Positions 51,056 through 63,699 of a stretch of 64,000 nucleotides of DNA are shown piece by piece. Where the stretch lies: assembly GCA_000388065.2 (NCBI GenBank), contig KB932206.1; one strand, given 5' to 3'. The DNA comes from Fonticula alba ATCC 38817 (Eukaryota; Protista; Nucleariida). The first letter of the stretch is position 1. Every line of letters starts with the position of its first letter. A program made the position numbers and the translations under genes. Under the pieces are notes generated by a model. The model made no database searches. It worked only from the letters and a program-made list of their open reading frames with translations, and was not told where the DNA came from.

Positions 51056-51061
51056 AATAAA
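51056..51061 (+). terminator. Candidate polyadenylation signal for paxillin
   Basis: AATAAA in a locally A/T-rich patch about 340 nt after the stop. Confidence 0.45.
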
Positions 51062-51647
51062 GTACAATAATACAACATCCACTTTTGGCCTTGCGCCCGC
51101 CCTCCAGCCTGCTGCAACATCAAGAGACACAGAGCGACGCCTCGGGAAGGGGGTGGCCAGGTCGCGCGAGATCCCCTGCCCTCGCGCACACTCTCCCCGC
51201 TGCCCGGCTCCGGCGAGGGCGGGCAGCAACGGCGACGACAGATCGCAAACGGAAATGCCAATGTAAGCGCCACTAGGTCGGCAGTTCGCACGCCTGCCGC
51301 CCCGTGTGCAGCTGCCCCCGCTTGCGTTCCCGCCTGCTCCCCCCTCCCGCCCTGGTCCATGAATCCTCGGCCGCCGGAACTCGCTAGCAGCCGGTCCCCG
51401 AATCGAGGGCGGAGGCTGGCAACGATCTTCCCTCATGGAGCCTGATCGTTCGGGGAGACGCTATTGAAGGGTCGCCCCAGCCGCCGGCCCGTCTATGGGG
51501 CGCATACCGAGACTTCCCCCCCCCCCCCATTTCCTCTTTGATTCTTGCCCCCTGCCTGGCCGTGCTTGCCAAAGCCAGCCGCTCCTACTTTCCTCCGTCC
51601 GCCTCTCCCCACCTCGCTCGACGTTCGATACCCAGCCAGGACACACC

Positions 51648-52772
51648 ATGGCCGAGCACTTCGCGCACCCGGGAGCGCTGGCCTCTCCGGTAGAGGAGAC
51701 TCTTCGATTGTATCAGGCCGAGAATTACACCACTGGCACTCGGGAGAAGCAACCGGAGCCAGACGCCTCAGTGTCAGCCCGCTTTGCCCGGCTCAAGGAC
51801 GAGTATGCCCTGCATGGGATGCGCCATAGTGTGGCCGCGGCCATCGTCATCGCCAAGCACGGCCACCCCCACCTCCTTTGTCTGCGCATTGCTGGGTCTT
51901 TTTACAAGCTGTGCGCATCCTCCCCTCCCTCCCCCTCTCTCCTTCCCTCCCTCCCTCCCCCCCCCTCTCTCTCTCTCTCCCTTTCTCTCCCCCCCCCCCT
52001 CTCTCTCTTCCCAGATCTCTCATGCCTCCTTGCCCTCGCGCCCCTGTCATCAACACCCGCCCATAGTCCTGGGGATGAGCTTCTCCCTCACGAGTATGCC
52101 GACCCGGTGGCCGCTCTTAAGAACCGCCTGGACTTGCAGCTCGCCCCGCCGGGGACATCCTTCGACTGGGAGGTCAAATCCCGTGTGGCCACTTGGTGGC
52201 GGCCAAACTTCGAACACTCTGTTGTGCGTCCTAACAATGGCATCGCCCATTTCTATGGATACCTCTCCTTTGCTGGTGGACATCCCATCACACTCTCTGC
52301 TTGCCTTTGCTTCTCCTCACCCCCCCCCCTTTCCCATGTCTCTCTCTTCCGTCATCCTCCTCTCTCCTCCTCTCCTTCTCTCGCTGCGCAACCAGTACCC
52401 GTACATTCCGGCGCACATTACTCGGCCCAAGGAGAAGCAGCTGATCTACCTCATCCAGGCGCCTCCTTCCTGTGCGTTCGCTTCGTGGCCATCTTCCCCT
52501 TCCCCTCCGCACCCTCACGCCTTCGCCACCTGCCACACAATCATCTTCTGACCCGGCTTCCTGCGCACCCGCATTCAGTCCAATTCTTCATCCCGGCCAA
52601 TTACACCATGCAGCTGATTCCCTTCTGGGAGCTCCACAACTCCAAGAGCTTTGGCCCGATCATCTCGGCCATTCCGCAATCCCTCAGTCGCATGGAGCTC
52701 GAGTATTGTGTTTCTGGCGACCAGCAGCCGCAGCAACACCACCACCAGCAGCAGCAGCAGCACCAACAGTAG
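51648..52772 (+). CDS. NUDT21: Cleavage factor Im 25-kDa subunit; exons 51648-51910, 52067-52223, 52396-52471, 52579-52772
   Basis: LYQAENYTTGT, SVSARFARL, YKL|PGDEL, WWRPNFE, YPYIPAHITRPKE and GPIISAIPQSLSR are collinear with CFIm25. The protein ends in a Gln/His-rich tail. Confidence 0.96.
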   Translation: MAEHFAHPGALASPVEETLRLYQAENYTTGTREKQPEPDASVSARFARLKDEYALHGMRHSVAAAIVIAKHGHPHLLCLRIAGSFYKLCASSPPSPSLLPSLPPPPSLSLSLSLPPPLSLFPDLSCLLALAPLSSTPAHSPGDELLPHEYADPVAALKNRLDLQLAPPGTSFDWEVKSRVATWWRPNFEHSVVRPNNGIAHFYGYLSFAGGHPITLSACLCFSSPPPLSHVSLFRHPPLSSSPSLAAQPVPVHSGAHYSAQGEAADLPHPGASFLCVRFVAIFPFPSAPSRLRHLPHNHLLTRLPAHPHSVQFFIPANYTMQLIPFWELHNSKSFGPIISAIPQSLSRMELEYCVSGDQQPQQHHHQQQQQHQQ

Positions 52773-53194
52773 CAGGCCCCGTTGGGCCACGATGCCCGGC
52801 AAACCCACGCGGTCTGGCCCTTTCTTTCACACCTCACACCTCACACCTCTCCTCGCCGCTCACATATACTTATGTATGTTACAAGCGTGTCCTTGTGCCC
52901 GAGCACATCTCGCCCCCCCCCCCCCCCCCCCCTCCGTCAGGCCTTTGGTGACAGGGCCACCTTGGTATGTTCGATAATCCCCCCCCCCCCCCCCTCCCCC
53001 TCTTGTTGGGTGCTGGTCGGCGCAGTTGTTTCACCTCGGCAGCTCCTCTTTTTATCTCTCCCCCTTTTCTCCCCTCATCCCATTGCCGAAAGCAGCAATA
53101 CAGCATCCCGGGAAATGTACAGGAAAAAAAACCCGACAGAGGAGCAACGAATTACTTGTCTTTCTTTGTCTCGGATAATACACCCGGCAGATGC

Positions 53195-53421
53195 TCAAAG
53201 TTCGTCCATATGTGAGGCATGCGCACGCGCCATGCGAGCCGCACCGGTGGCCCGGTCCGCAATCAGCCGCTTTTCGAAGCCGTTCGAGCGATCTGCCCCC
53301 ATGCGGATTGCGGCCCACACGTCGAGACGTGACATTTGAAGTTAGTACTCGCAACGATCCGGGTGTGACCACATACGGCAGATGCATAGGGACGCGCGCA
53401 TGTGTATATATGTATGTGTAT

Positions 53422-53463
<42 letters not shown>

Positions 53464-54670
53464 CACCACAAGGGGAGGATGCTCCACGCACCGACGCCAT
53501 CCCAACGGTAGCCAGGGTGGATATCATACCGATTTGGTGGGGCCGGTGGCCCGGCATACCGAGGACGCTCCAGCACCGGGGCCGGGTGCTCGGCGACAGG
53601 CTGGGAGGGGGTGGTATCCGGGCTGGAGCGCTTCTTCTCGCCGCCGAACAAGGCCGCCAGGGGATCGGCCTGATCCGGGTTGGTTGAGACGCTCGGCATG
53701 CCGCCCGTCGTGAGAGGATCGCCCCACCTGCTCTTCATCTTCTGTCGGACATTGAGCTCCTCGTCATCGGCATACCTGGAGGGGAGGGGCAGGGAGACAA
53801 AGGAGGAGCGCGCAAAAGCGGCAAAGGGGAATGGAAAAAAGCAGCTGTTAGCGGACAGCGACATGAAAAAAAGGGAGGGGGGAGGGTGGAAACACGAAAT
53901 GGCAGCCCCCACGCACACGGCAAAGGGCTTCTCCTTGAAGCTCTCGGCATATTTCTCGCGCTCCATCTGCTCACGCTCTTGGGCAATTCCTCTCCCCCAG
54001 CGGGAGCGCTTCTCCAACTCCTCGGCCCGGCGTTGTTTGGCCTTCTCAGCCTCAAGTCGGGCCGCTCGGATGTCGATACGTTTGCCTGGTTGCAAAGAGG
54101 AGAGGGAGGGGGATCTAGTTAGATCAGCAGTATGGCAGACGAAAGAAAAAGGCGAAAAAAAAAGAAGCAAGTAGCCCTTCTCTTTCACGTACCAGTGACC
54201 TTATCGCGGAAGACGGTCTCCTGAGAGGTGTCCGAGGGACCCCGGGAGACTGTTTGCCCCGGCACATGGTGAAGAAGCAGGTCAGAGAGGAGAAGAGACA
54301 CAGCGTGGAATGGGGTGATACGATGGAAAGGCATGGACGACGCACTCTCGGGGGAAGGGGGGGACCGCTCGCGATGGGGCTCAGCTCGAACCGGCGCCGG
54401 CGCCGGCGGTGGTGCCCGACCGTCAGTCTCATCGATGACCACCAGTGTCGGATTGTCGTCATCGTCCTCAGCCGCACCGCCGCGCGGGGTGGCGTGTCCG
54501 GAGGGACTTCTCGTCGAGCGGGGCCGACTGCCAGTCGGCGGGCCGAGGTTCTTTGGCGGGGCAAGATCTTTTTTGCTGACACCATAATTCTGTCGAAGGT
54601 AGTCCTCCATCGACAGAGCGCTGGCGGCGGCAGGCTGAGCACCCTTCGGGGGGACGCGGCCTGGGGGCAT
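53195..54670 (-). CDS. BUD13: RES complex subunit Bud13; exons 54670-54193, 54085-53917, 53775-53492, 53292-53195
   Basis: DYLRQNY, TVFRDK.TG, WGRGIAQ, YADDEELN...RWGDP and PPNRYDIHPGYRWDGV|DRSNGFE. The start may be 54670 or 54610. Confidence 0.92.
53402..53462. repeat. (TG)n/(TATG)n microsatellite in the last BUD13 intron
   Basis: TATG units followed by a long TG run. Confidence 0.85.
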
Positions 54671-55857
54671 CCTGCGAGTGGAGGGAGTCCAAGGGAAAAG
54701 CGGGCCGGAGATCAAAGAAAGGGGATATCCGATGGGACGGGCAGGAGGGAGAGCAGCAGGGGAGGGTAGTCGATCGAAGGGGGACCTGGTTCGGTGCTCG
54801 CGGGGGGTGGGGGGGGGGGGGAGGGGGGCATGTCCACCGCCACAGATGGCGGTGCAGGCTGAAGAAGAAGGCTGGAGATCGGCCGGGCGGGTCCTACGAT
54901 CAGCTGACCGTTGTTTAAGACTCGATTAAGTCACGTATCGGTCTCGGCAGCTCTGGCGCCAAGAATCCCCCCGCAGGGCTGTTCCCCCCTCGATCCTGTG
55001 GGAGGGTCTGTCTACACATATCTCCCCTGCTCCTTTGCACCCATCTCTGCACGGCCGAAGACACACACGCGTACATCCACACACATGGAGCCGAGCCCCC
55101 CGGGCCATGGGGGAGAATGCCGATGACAAGTGCATGAAAAATTGAAGTACAAGAAGTATATATTACCCAGCAGCATGCGATGTGTGGCATCCGGATGGGA
55201 GGAGTGTGCGAATGGGTGTGCGCCACTGGGGAGGCGAAACCGTGCGTGTGTTTGTGTTTGTGTTTGTGTGTGTGTGTGTGTGTGTATGTTTGTGTTTGTG
55301 TTTTTTTTGTGCTTGGGGAGGATAGGGAAACCAAACAGGAATAGCAAATGGGAAGGGAACANNNNNNNNNNNNNNNNNNNNNNNNNNNNNNNNNNNNNNN
55401 NNNNNNNNNNNNNNNNNNNNNNNNNNNNNNNNNNNNNNNNNNNNNNNNNNNNNNNNNNNNNNNNNNNNNNNNNNNNNNNNNNNNNNNNNNNNNNNNNNNN
55501 NNNNNNNNNNNNNNNNNNNNNNNNNNNNNNNNNNNNNNNNNNNNNNNNNNNNNNNNNNNNNNNNNNNNNNNNNNNNNNNNNNNNNNNNNNNNNNNNNNNN
55601 NNNNNNNNNNNNNNNNNNNNNNNNNNNNNNNNNNNNNNNNNNNNNNNNNNNNNNNNNNNNNNNNNNNNNNNNNNNNNNNNNNNNNNNNNNNNNNNNNNNN
55701 NACACAGGGCCAAGGGAGAGGGACCCAAAGCAATCCCCCTCCCCCGTCCCCCTGCCGCCTTCTTGGTGCACGTTCGCTGCCGGGATTGCGCCTCTGTCTT
55801 TGCGCCTGTCTTGGTCCTCCTCTTTATGGAACAGTAATGGGAGCAACAGCAGGCCAC

Positions 55858-57086
55858 TCACTTGCGGCCGGAGCGGTTGCTGCGAGCGGTCTTGCCCGGG
55901 CGACGCTTGGCACCGGCGCTGCCGCCGCGCGAGCGCGCCTTGCCGGCGAACTTGGGCGCAGACCCACCCTTGGCACCGGCGCTGCCGCTGGGACGGTCAC
56001 CGAAGCGGGCACTGCCCGGGCCCGAGGGGGCGCTCCCGCGCCGGGCACCAGAAGTCGGACCGGCTTTCCGCATGGCAGCCTTGGACTTCGGGCCACCCTG
56101 GCCGTACTTGCTCTGGCGCGCACGACGCTTGTCGTCCTCATCCTCCATGGCCTCGTCGATGGAGACACCGAACTCATCGTCATTGGCGGTCGGCATGTTG
56201 GCCCGGCCCTTGCGGATGAGCTTCATGCGGTCGGCAGCCTCAGCACGCTCGCGCGCACGCTCCTGGAGCTTCTCGGCCTGGACCTGCTTGCCGAAGCGCT
56301 TCTGCTTGCGGATGAGCGCCACCTCCTCGGCGCGCTTCATGCCCTGCTCGCGATCCTGCACGGACTTGCGGATCTTCGACATGTGCTGGTCGGTCTTCAG
56401 CATCTCGGCATAGAAGTCCTCCGGGCGCTCGAAGGGAATGCCACAGGCAAGAACCTTGGGCCGGGCCTCGAGGATGGCCGCGAGGGCCTGCTCCTGGCTA
56501 TGGATCCGAGCGGTTGAGAGGAAACAAAGTAGGGAAGAAAGGAATGTCAGCTAATCCGGGCGGGGGGCAGGGGGCGGCAATCCAACCGAAGAACAAGTGG
56601 CAAGGATCAAAAGTGAAGGGGGAGGAGGGGAGACCGGCAAAGCAAGAGGGACATAGAACGCACAAGATAGCCTCACGAGCGGGCTCATCCTCGACGTTGG
56701 TGATGCGCTCGGCGCAGGAGTCAGTCCAGGTGTGGTCCAGAGTCTCGATCCACTCGAGCGCATGGGGGCGGCCGGGGAGGATGCCAAACTCATTCAGACG
56801 AAGGTTGATGCCCATGACGTCAATGTGGCTGCCCTCCTCCATGTCATCCTGCTCGTCGTCATCGTCGGAGCTGGCCTCGGCGTCGGAGCCACCGGCGGCC
56901 TCCTCGACCTCGCCGAGCTCGGCAAGGATCTTGGCACGGACATCCGCCGGCAGGGCGGCCAGCTCCTTGCGGAACTCCTCGTCCTCGGCGTCCTGACGGG
57001 CCTCGTTATCGGAGGAATCCGACTCGCTGACGGCCTCCTTGGTGACAAGCCGCTGGAACTCGGGGTCCATGTTCTTGAAGATAGCG
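55858..57086 (-). CDS. EBNA1BP2: rRNA-processing protein Ebp2, 5' incomplete; exons 57086-56664 and 56497-55858, first exon probably in gap 57307-57546
   Basis: WIETL, VEDEPAREAIF|QEQAL, GIPFERPEDFYAEMLKTDQHMSKIR and RKQKRFGKQVQAEKLQER, plus a basic C-terminal tail (KRRPGK..R). The first visible exon begins at an acceptor with no in-frame ATG before AIFKNM. Confidence 0.92.
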
Positions 57087-58376
57087 CTGGGAATGGGGAG
57101 GGGAGAGAGGCAGATAGGAGGAGGGGAGACCGAGCAGAAGAAAGAAAAGGGTCAGTAGTGTGGTGGTAAGGCCGGGGGTGCGATCGGTAATGGGCGGAAA
57201 CGCACGCGCTCATGGCTGGAAGCAGGTAGCAACGGAGTGCAGGAAGGTGGGGAGGGAGGAAAGGGAGGGCGTCTTGGCGCAAAGGGAGGCCGACAGAGGG
57301 GGGGGGNNNNNNNNNNNNNNNNNNNNNNNNNNNNNNNNNNNNNNNNNNNNNNNNNNNNNNNNNNNNNNNNNNNNNNNNNNNNNNNNNNNNNNNNNNNNNN
57401 NNNNNNNNNNNNNNNNNNNNNNNNNNNNNNNNNNNNNNNNNNNNNNNNNNNNNNNNNNNNNNNNNNNNNNNNNNNNNNNNNNNNNNNNNNNNNNNNNNNN
57501 NNNNNNNNNNNNNNNNNNNNNNNNNNNNNNNNNNNNNNNNNNNNNNTTGATGCCTTGTGCCCGTGATGCACGTGCATCCCCTCGTGATCCTGCTTCCGGG
57601 CGTCCAGGACTCTGACATTTCGTAGTTTCTAGACCGGGGGCATTGAGTGTCCTCTGCCTGTGGCCTGCGCCGCACACATCCCCCTCTCTCGCCCTGTCTC
57701 GGCGGGGCTAGCCCCGCCGGGACGACGACACCCCGGCGGCCTCTAGTGACTGAGGTCCCCCCGAAAACGGCCAGAGACATGGGCCACCAAACCCGTTCCC
57801 CCCCGCCCCCACGCCCGAACATGGAGGCGTAACCAGGCGCTGGCGCCGATCTTTCCGAACAGGGCGTGGTTGTGACGGCCGGGAGAAGGCAGCGGCCAAC
57901 CCGAGGCGCCTGCCCGTCCTCTGCCGTCCACGTCTACACGCACACACACGCACACATACGGGCCTCCTACGCGGACAAGCACCCCCGCTCCTCCGGTCGC
58001 TTTCTCCACACAGGGGGGAAGCGAGAACTTGCGCAAGAGAAGAAGCAGCAGCAGCACACACTCCGTCTACATGGGGGGAAGTGCTTTTTCGGCCGTCACG
58101 CTGGCGGGCCGTCTGACCTGGACTACGCTGGCATCGACACTGCTTCCTCCTCCCCTCTCCTCCTTTTCCCTGCCTCGCCCCCCCCCCCCCTCTCCCCGCC
58201 TCCTCCGCCTTTGCCTGTCCCACTTCTCGCCCGTTTGCACCTGCCACGCTCTCCTCCGTCCGCGGCTCCTCCCCGGTACATCACCCACCCGCCCCGCCGC
58301 CTCGCCCCCCTCCTCTTCAGCCTCAGCCATATTACTCACCACTGGGCCCCCGCCACTCTTTTTCTTCCAGAGAACC

Positions 58377-59814
58377 ATGGATTTCCTCGTCCCCAAGTCC
58401 ACGCTCTACGACAGCAATGACCCGATGAACGAGATGTTCGAGCGCGAGGTCCTCGGCCTCCCGTCGGCCGTGTCCTCCGGCCCGGCTGCCGCTCGCATGG
58501 ACTTCGCCGTCCCCGCTGGGGTCCACGTACGCCGATGCCTCCCTCGATCTCGGCCTGCTCCGCCGTCGCCCCCCCCCCCCTCTTCCTCTCGCCCAAAGCA
58601 CCCAGTATCTCACATGCCCGCCCCCTCGCCCTTGCCACCGCCTCAGCCCGCCGACTTCGTGGAGCCCTACATGGCTCCCTGCACCGCGGCTGCCGGGTAC
58701 ACTGACCCTCGCATCCACATGGAGCACGGCACCACCACCCTGGCCGTCAAGGTCAAGGCCGGTGTCGTTGTGGCTGTCGACTCTCGTGCCACCGGTGGCG
58801 CATACATCGGTCCGTTCTCCCCGCCACTCCTCCTCTCCCCTTCTGTGTCTCTCCCTCTCTCTTTGTCCCCTTTTCCCTGCCCGTCTGTGCCCACCCGATG
58901 GCTGGCTGACTCTCCCTCTCATCGCATCATGTACCCAAACGCCCAAACCCGCACACAGCCTCCAGTGACGTTAAGAAGGTCATCGAGATCAACCCCTTCC
59001 TGCTGGGCACCATGGCCGGTGGTGCTGCCGACTGCGCCTACTGGCAGCGTCACCTTGGCCGCCTCTGCCGGTACGCCGCCGTCGCCGCCGCCGCCGCCGC
59101 AATCCCGTATGCCTGTATCCGCTCACCACCCGCCCCCTCCCCTCCTTGATAGCCACTACGAGCTCCGCAACCAGGAGCGCATCTCGGTTGCTGCTGCCTC
59201 CAAGCTTCTGGCCAACATCGTCTATGAGTACAAGGGCATGGGGCTCTCCATGGGTACCATGATTACCGGGTGGGACAAGAACGTACGCGTGTCTCCATTT
59301 TTGCGGGCTGCCGCAGCTGCTGCCTCCCCCCCCCCCCCTCCCTCCGGGTGGGCGATCTGTCCCCCTGCTTGCTGACCCATGCTTCCTGCTGGCCGTGGCC
59401 ACGTGCGCGCATGCCCGATCACCCATGTCCACACATTTGTGCACACCCTGCACCCCCTACCCCACCCAGGGCCCTGGCCTCTACTACGTCGACTCGGATG
59501 GCACCCGCCTGACCAACAACTACTTCTCCGTCGGCTCCGGGTCCACCTATGCCTATGGTGTGCTTGACTCGCAGCTGACCGGTCCCGACCAGCCCATCGA
59601 GGAGGTCATCGACATCGCTCGCCGCGCCATCACCTTCGCCACCTACCGCGATGCCTATTCCGGTGGCAATGTCCACGTCTACTGGGTCAAGGAGGACGGA
59701 TGGGTCCATGTGTCCAGCGACGATGTCAGCCAGTGCTGGTACCGCTACCAGGCCCTGCGGAACGCCACCCCGGCTGCCGACAAGCCGGTCGATGCCGAGA
59801 TGGCCACCGCCTAA
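58377..59814 (+). CDS. PSMB5: 20S proteasome subunit beta5; exons 58377-58526, 58647-58809, 58959-59070, 59153-59282, 59470-59814
   Basis: Propeptide then [65 protein letters not shown] and RDAYSGG. A probable 5' UTR intron ends at 58370. Confidence 0.98.
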
Positions 59815-60007
59815 ATGACGTGCAGAAACGTGTGAGTTGGGGAGACCGAGAGAGAGAGAGAGACGCAGCCCCCTTACAAGGCCCCAGTGAGGATGCCTCT
59901 CTCCCCACTCCCGCGCCCCGGCTCACCAGCCCCACTCCCCGCCAAAGAGAGAGGAGGAGATATCTCCCCAAACAAAACCCGTGTAACATACAGGCCTGCT
60001 GCATGCA

Positions 60008-60044
<37 letters not shown>

Positions 60045-60297
60045 ACTTGGGGCAGCGCTCTGATCTCCCGAAGGAAGGCGAGCCATGCTTCAACTGCCGC
60101 CCTTTTCTCCTCCCCCTCCCTCTTCCTGTCTCCTTCTCCCCTGCGCCTTCCCCTTCTCGTGTGTGCCTCCCGCCATGCAAGGTCCGTGCAAATGGCCCCC
60201 ACGCGCACGCGGGCGCTGGGCAAGACGCCTGTAGGGCCTACATTTCGTTGCCCGCTGTGGCCCTGTGATGGCGGCCCCTGGCAGCACAGCCAACCAC

Positions 60298-60303
60298 AAT
60301 AAA
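60298..60303 (+). terminator. Candidate polyadenylation signal for PSMB5
   Basis: AATAAA about 480 nt after the stop. Confidence 0.4.
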
Positions 60304-61525
60304 CCCCCCCTCCGCGAGCGCGTACGCCCACTCACACCCATGCCCTGGAGGCGTCCCCGGGGTGGGGGCAAGATCGCCAAGACCGAAGGCCGGAAGAGGG
60401 AGCAAAGGGGCGCCCCTAGGGGGGGGGGGGATTCACCTGAACCGAAGAGCGAGACGGAGGAAAGGAAGGATACCCGGCTGCAACCCGATCGACCGGGTGA
60501 TGGTAGCATGTGTGTGCTGCTCTTTCGGAATGTCGCCCGCCCGCAATTTCACCCCAACAAAATGCGACTGCCCACTTTGTGCCACAGGCATTTTGGGGAA
60601 AGGGTGTCTTCGAAAAAGATCACTATTCATTAATCGAACCAGCGGCCTGTTCACTCGCCACACATTCGCGAGCCACGGAGACCGCTAAGCCGATCTCTCC
60701 GTCCTGACTAACCAGTGAGTTGCGAAGCCAGCTACCTCCCAAAGGTTAATCCGGAGACAGCAGCGCAAGATGCGGCCCTGCCGTGCGGAACGGACATGGC
60801 GCCCACTCCGAAACAGAAAGCGGAGGAAACACCAATACCCCAAACCTGAGGAACTCTGTCCGGCGCGAAATCACTCGCAGATCCGCCTCGGGCATCGGGG
60901 CGAGGGGGGGGGGGCAGGGAGCGGCTGCGCCCGGACAAGTGCTCGGCGGCGCCGAGCTTCTCCCCCGCGCCCCTCCTCGCGCAAAGCCCAGCACGCCCTC
61001 CTCCCCCTCTCCCGAAACAAGACCCCACAATGATGGCCGTGTGAGCGAGCCTCCCCCTGCTCCCCCTCTCTCTCTGTTGCTGGGCCCGCCGCCCCCCCCC
61101 CGGCCAACACACAACAACCGCCGCAAGATGGTAGAGAGAAGCAGTTTATATGGGGGGGGAAGAAAGGAGATGCAGACCGGACACTTCCGAGACAGAGGGC
61201 GAGTGGTGGTGAGGCCCCCCCGAGCGCGCGGGAGGAGAAAACACACACACAGCACACGATGGGCCAGCCGTAGAGACACAATACCACGCGCCAACACATG
61301 CACAGCAGCCAGGGAAAGCCGAACAACAGGCCAGAGCAACCTCCGCCACATGGTCATCCGCGCGTCAGAGGCCATCGCGCATCACACCATCGGGCGGACG
61401 ACGGAAGAGGGGAGGAGGAGGGGGAGGAGAGAAGTCTCGGACCCCGCGCCCGCCGCCCCCCCCCCCGCGCGCCCGATGGACGGAGGAGAGGTCCCCGGAG
61501 CGTGCAAAATCACGAGAGGGGAGAT

Positions 61526-62780
61526 TTAGGCAGAGACCTCCTCAACGGCGGCGGGCTCGTTGTACTTGATGATCTCAACCTTGACGGCACCATCGTCGTC
61601 CTTGGGGTCGTGGATGGTGATGTTGTCGGGGAGGGCCAGGCGGGGACCGGTGCGGCCGGTCGGGTCCTGAGGCAGCATGATCTTAACCTTCAGGCCGAGG
61701 ACACCCTGGCGCAGGAGGACGTGGCGGACGGCGAAGTCGATGTAGTCCTTGGTGGGCTGGCCGGAGTGGACCATGAAGCCGTCGGCGAACTTCATGGACT
61801 TGGCACGAGCAGCGCGGAGCTTACCGGAGACGATAACCTCGCAACCCTTGGCACCGGAGTCCATGACGTAGCGCAGGACACCGTAGCAAGCGCTGGAGAG
61901 TAGAGAAGAGCAGAGGGAGCAGGCGAGGCGCGCGCATGTGAGTGGGAGCGAGAGGCCACAGCAACAAGCCGTGAGGAGGGAGAGAGAGATGCGCCCCCCG
62001 GGCGGCGGCGGAAAAAAGGCAGACACAGGGGAGGGGCGGAAAGATGACACGCACCGGCGGACGGCGAGACCACCGAGCAGCTTGTAGCGGAGGGACTCGC
62101 ACTGGGCGATGGCGCAGAGACCGCGAGAGGCGACCTTCTCGGCGAAGATCTCGACGGCACCAGAGGCGAAGCCGAAGCGCTTCTCAACGAGAGCAGTGAG
62201 CTCACGGAGGCGGCGGCCGCGGACACCGAGGACGACATCGATGCGGGTGACACGGATGACGATGTGCTGGGCAGAGGGGGTGATGCGGACCTCGACACCG
62301 GAGTAGCCAGCCTCGGCAAGCTCACGGGTGAGGAACTCGTTCAGCTCAGCGTAGAAGACACCATCGCCGATGAACTGCGATGCACGGCCACCAGCCACAC
62401 CGACGGGGCAGGCAAAAAAGAGAGGGGGAGAGAGAGAGAGAGGGGGGACGAGGGTCAGGCACAACGGGCAGTCGGATGCAGAAAGTGCGCGCGCGCATCC
62501 GAAAGGAAAAGGGCGTAGATGCCCCTCCCCCCGGCGGTGAGGGAAACACGGCGACGCGACATGCGGGGGAGGGGGGCATGGCACGCGCACGCGCACGCGC
62601 ACGCGCCGCACAGCGGGCCTCCTCTCCCATACCCGAGAAGGGAAGGATCAGCCGGGGCTGCGCGGCGCGCAACGCCGGGGGGAGAGAGAGAGAGAGCTGG
62701 AACGCGCCAGCGGAGCGGAGATGACGCACCTTGCGCTTCTTGGAGATGGCGCGGACAGAGGGGGCGACAGGCGCGGACAT
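61526..62780 (-). CDS. RPS3: 40S ribosomal protein S3 (uS3); exons 62780-62730, 62374-62055, 61892-61526
   Basis: ISKKRK|[53 protein letters not shown]|[27 protein letters not shown] and [12 protein letters not shown]. Confidence 0.99.
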
Positions 62781-63699
62781 GGTTAAGCGACTCTCGGAAG
62801 GATGCAACGAAAGCAAAAAACCAAACGAGGGAAGAGGCCGGGACATGGGGGGTTGGCCGCTGTGGCGGGGTCCGAAAAAGGTCCCGCCTCGGCGTCAGCG
62901 CCCCCCGAGAGAGGCCGGTGCCCTGGGCGCGCGAACTCCCCCGAGAGCCCTGTGCCGGCCTCCTCTCCCGCCCCGCCGCCCCCGCTCTTGCCGCGCCCGC
63001 CCCTTCCCCCCTATTGATACGCACACACACACACACCCAGGCGCCCGAACACTGCCAGCCAGGCCGCTCCCCCCCGGGCACCCTCGCCCCCACACAGCCC
63101 CACACCCGGGAGGCGCGGGAAACGCGCCCCGGGCCCCCCGTGCCAGGATGCGCCCGGCCATCCCCCCCGCCCGCCCCTCGCGCGCGCCCACCTACCAAAC
63201 ACAGAGATAGAGCCCCACGCGAGGCAAGCCGAGCGCCTGGCGCCTGACGCCCACGCCCATCACCAGCAGTCCCCTGGCCGGACATCCGCGCAAGGGTGTG
63301 CGGGGGAGAACCAAAGAGCACACGGCCTTGGGTGACCTACCCCCGGTGTGGCGGTGCCCTGGCATGGCCCCCCGACTGGCAGCCCCGTAGCACCAGGGTA
63401 CGGCCCCAGCCTGGTGCTGACAACCCACTCCTCCGACCACCAGGCTTCCCCCCCCCCCCGCCCCCCAGACAGACACAGGGCGGGCGGAGCGGGTCCATCC
63501 TCCGACGACAGGCTGAGAGCCAAAAATACCTGACTGTTGGCAGTTACCGGCCCGTCTCGCCACGCCAGGGATCCTGATACTCGGCTGGGAGGGAGGGAAG
63601 GAGGGGGTCGGCCAAAAGACCAAGGGAGGGACCATCCGCACACACCGAGCCAGGGCCCTGCTCGATATGCCTGAAGGGACCCCAGGATCCGAGACTCGC

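Noticed and set aside
60465-60473. U12-type donor GTATCCTTC on the - strand
   Set aside because: Intergenic, with no supported upstream exon or U12 branch point; compatible with chance.
60613-60700. tRNA gene suggested by GGTTCGA and T5
   Set aside because: T-stem, D-arm and anticodon arm do not pair; kept only as a weak Pol III-like observation.
62055-62729. Intron-encoded snoRNA in RPS3 (vertebrate RPS3 hosts U15)
   Set aside because: No C box/D box pair seen in the intron sequence examined.
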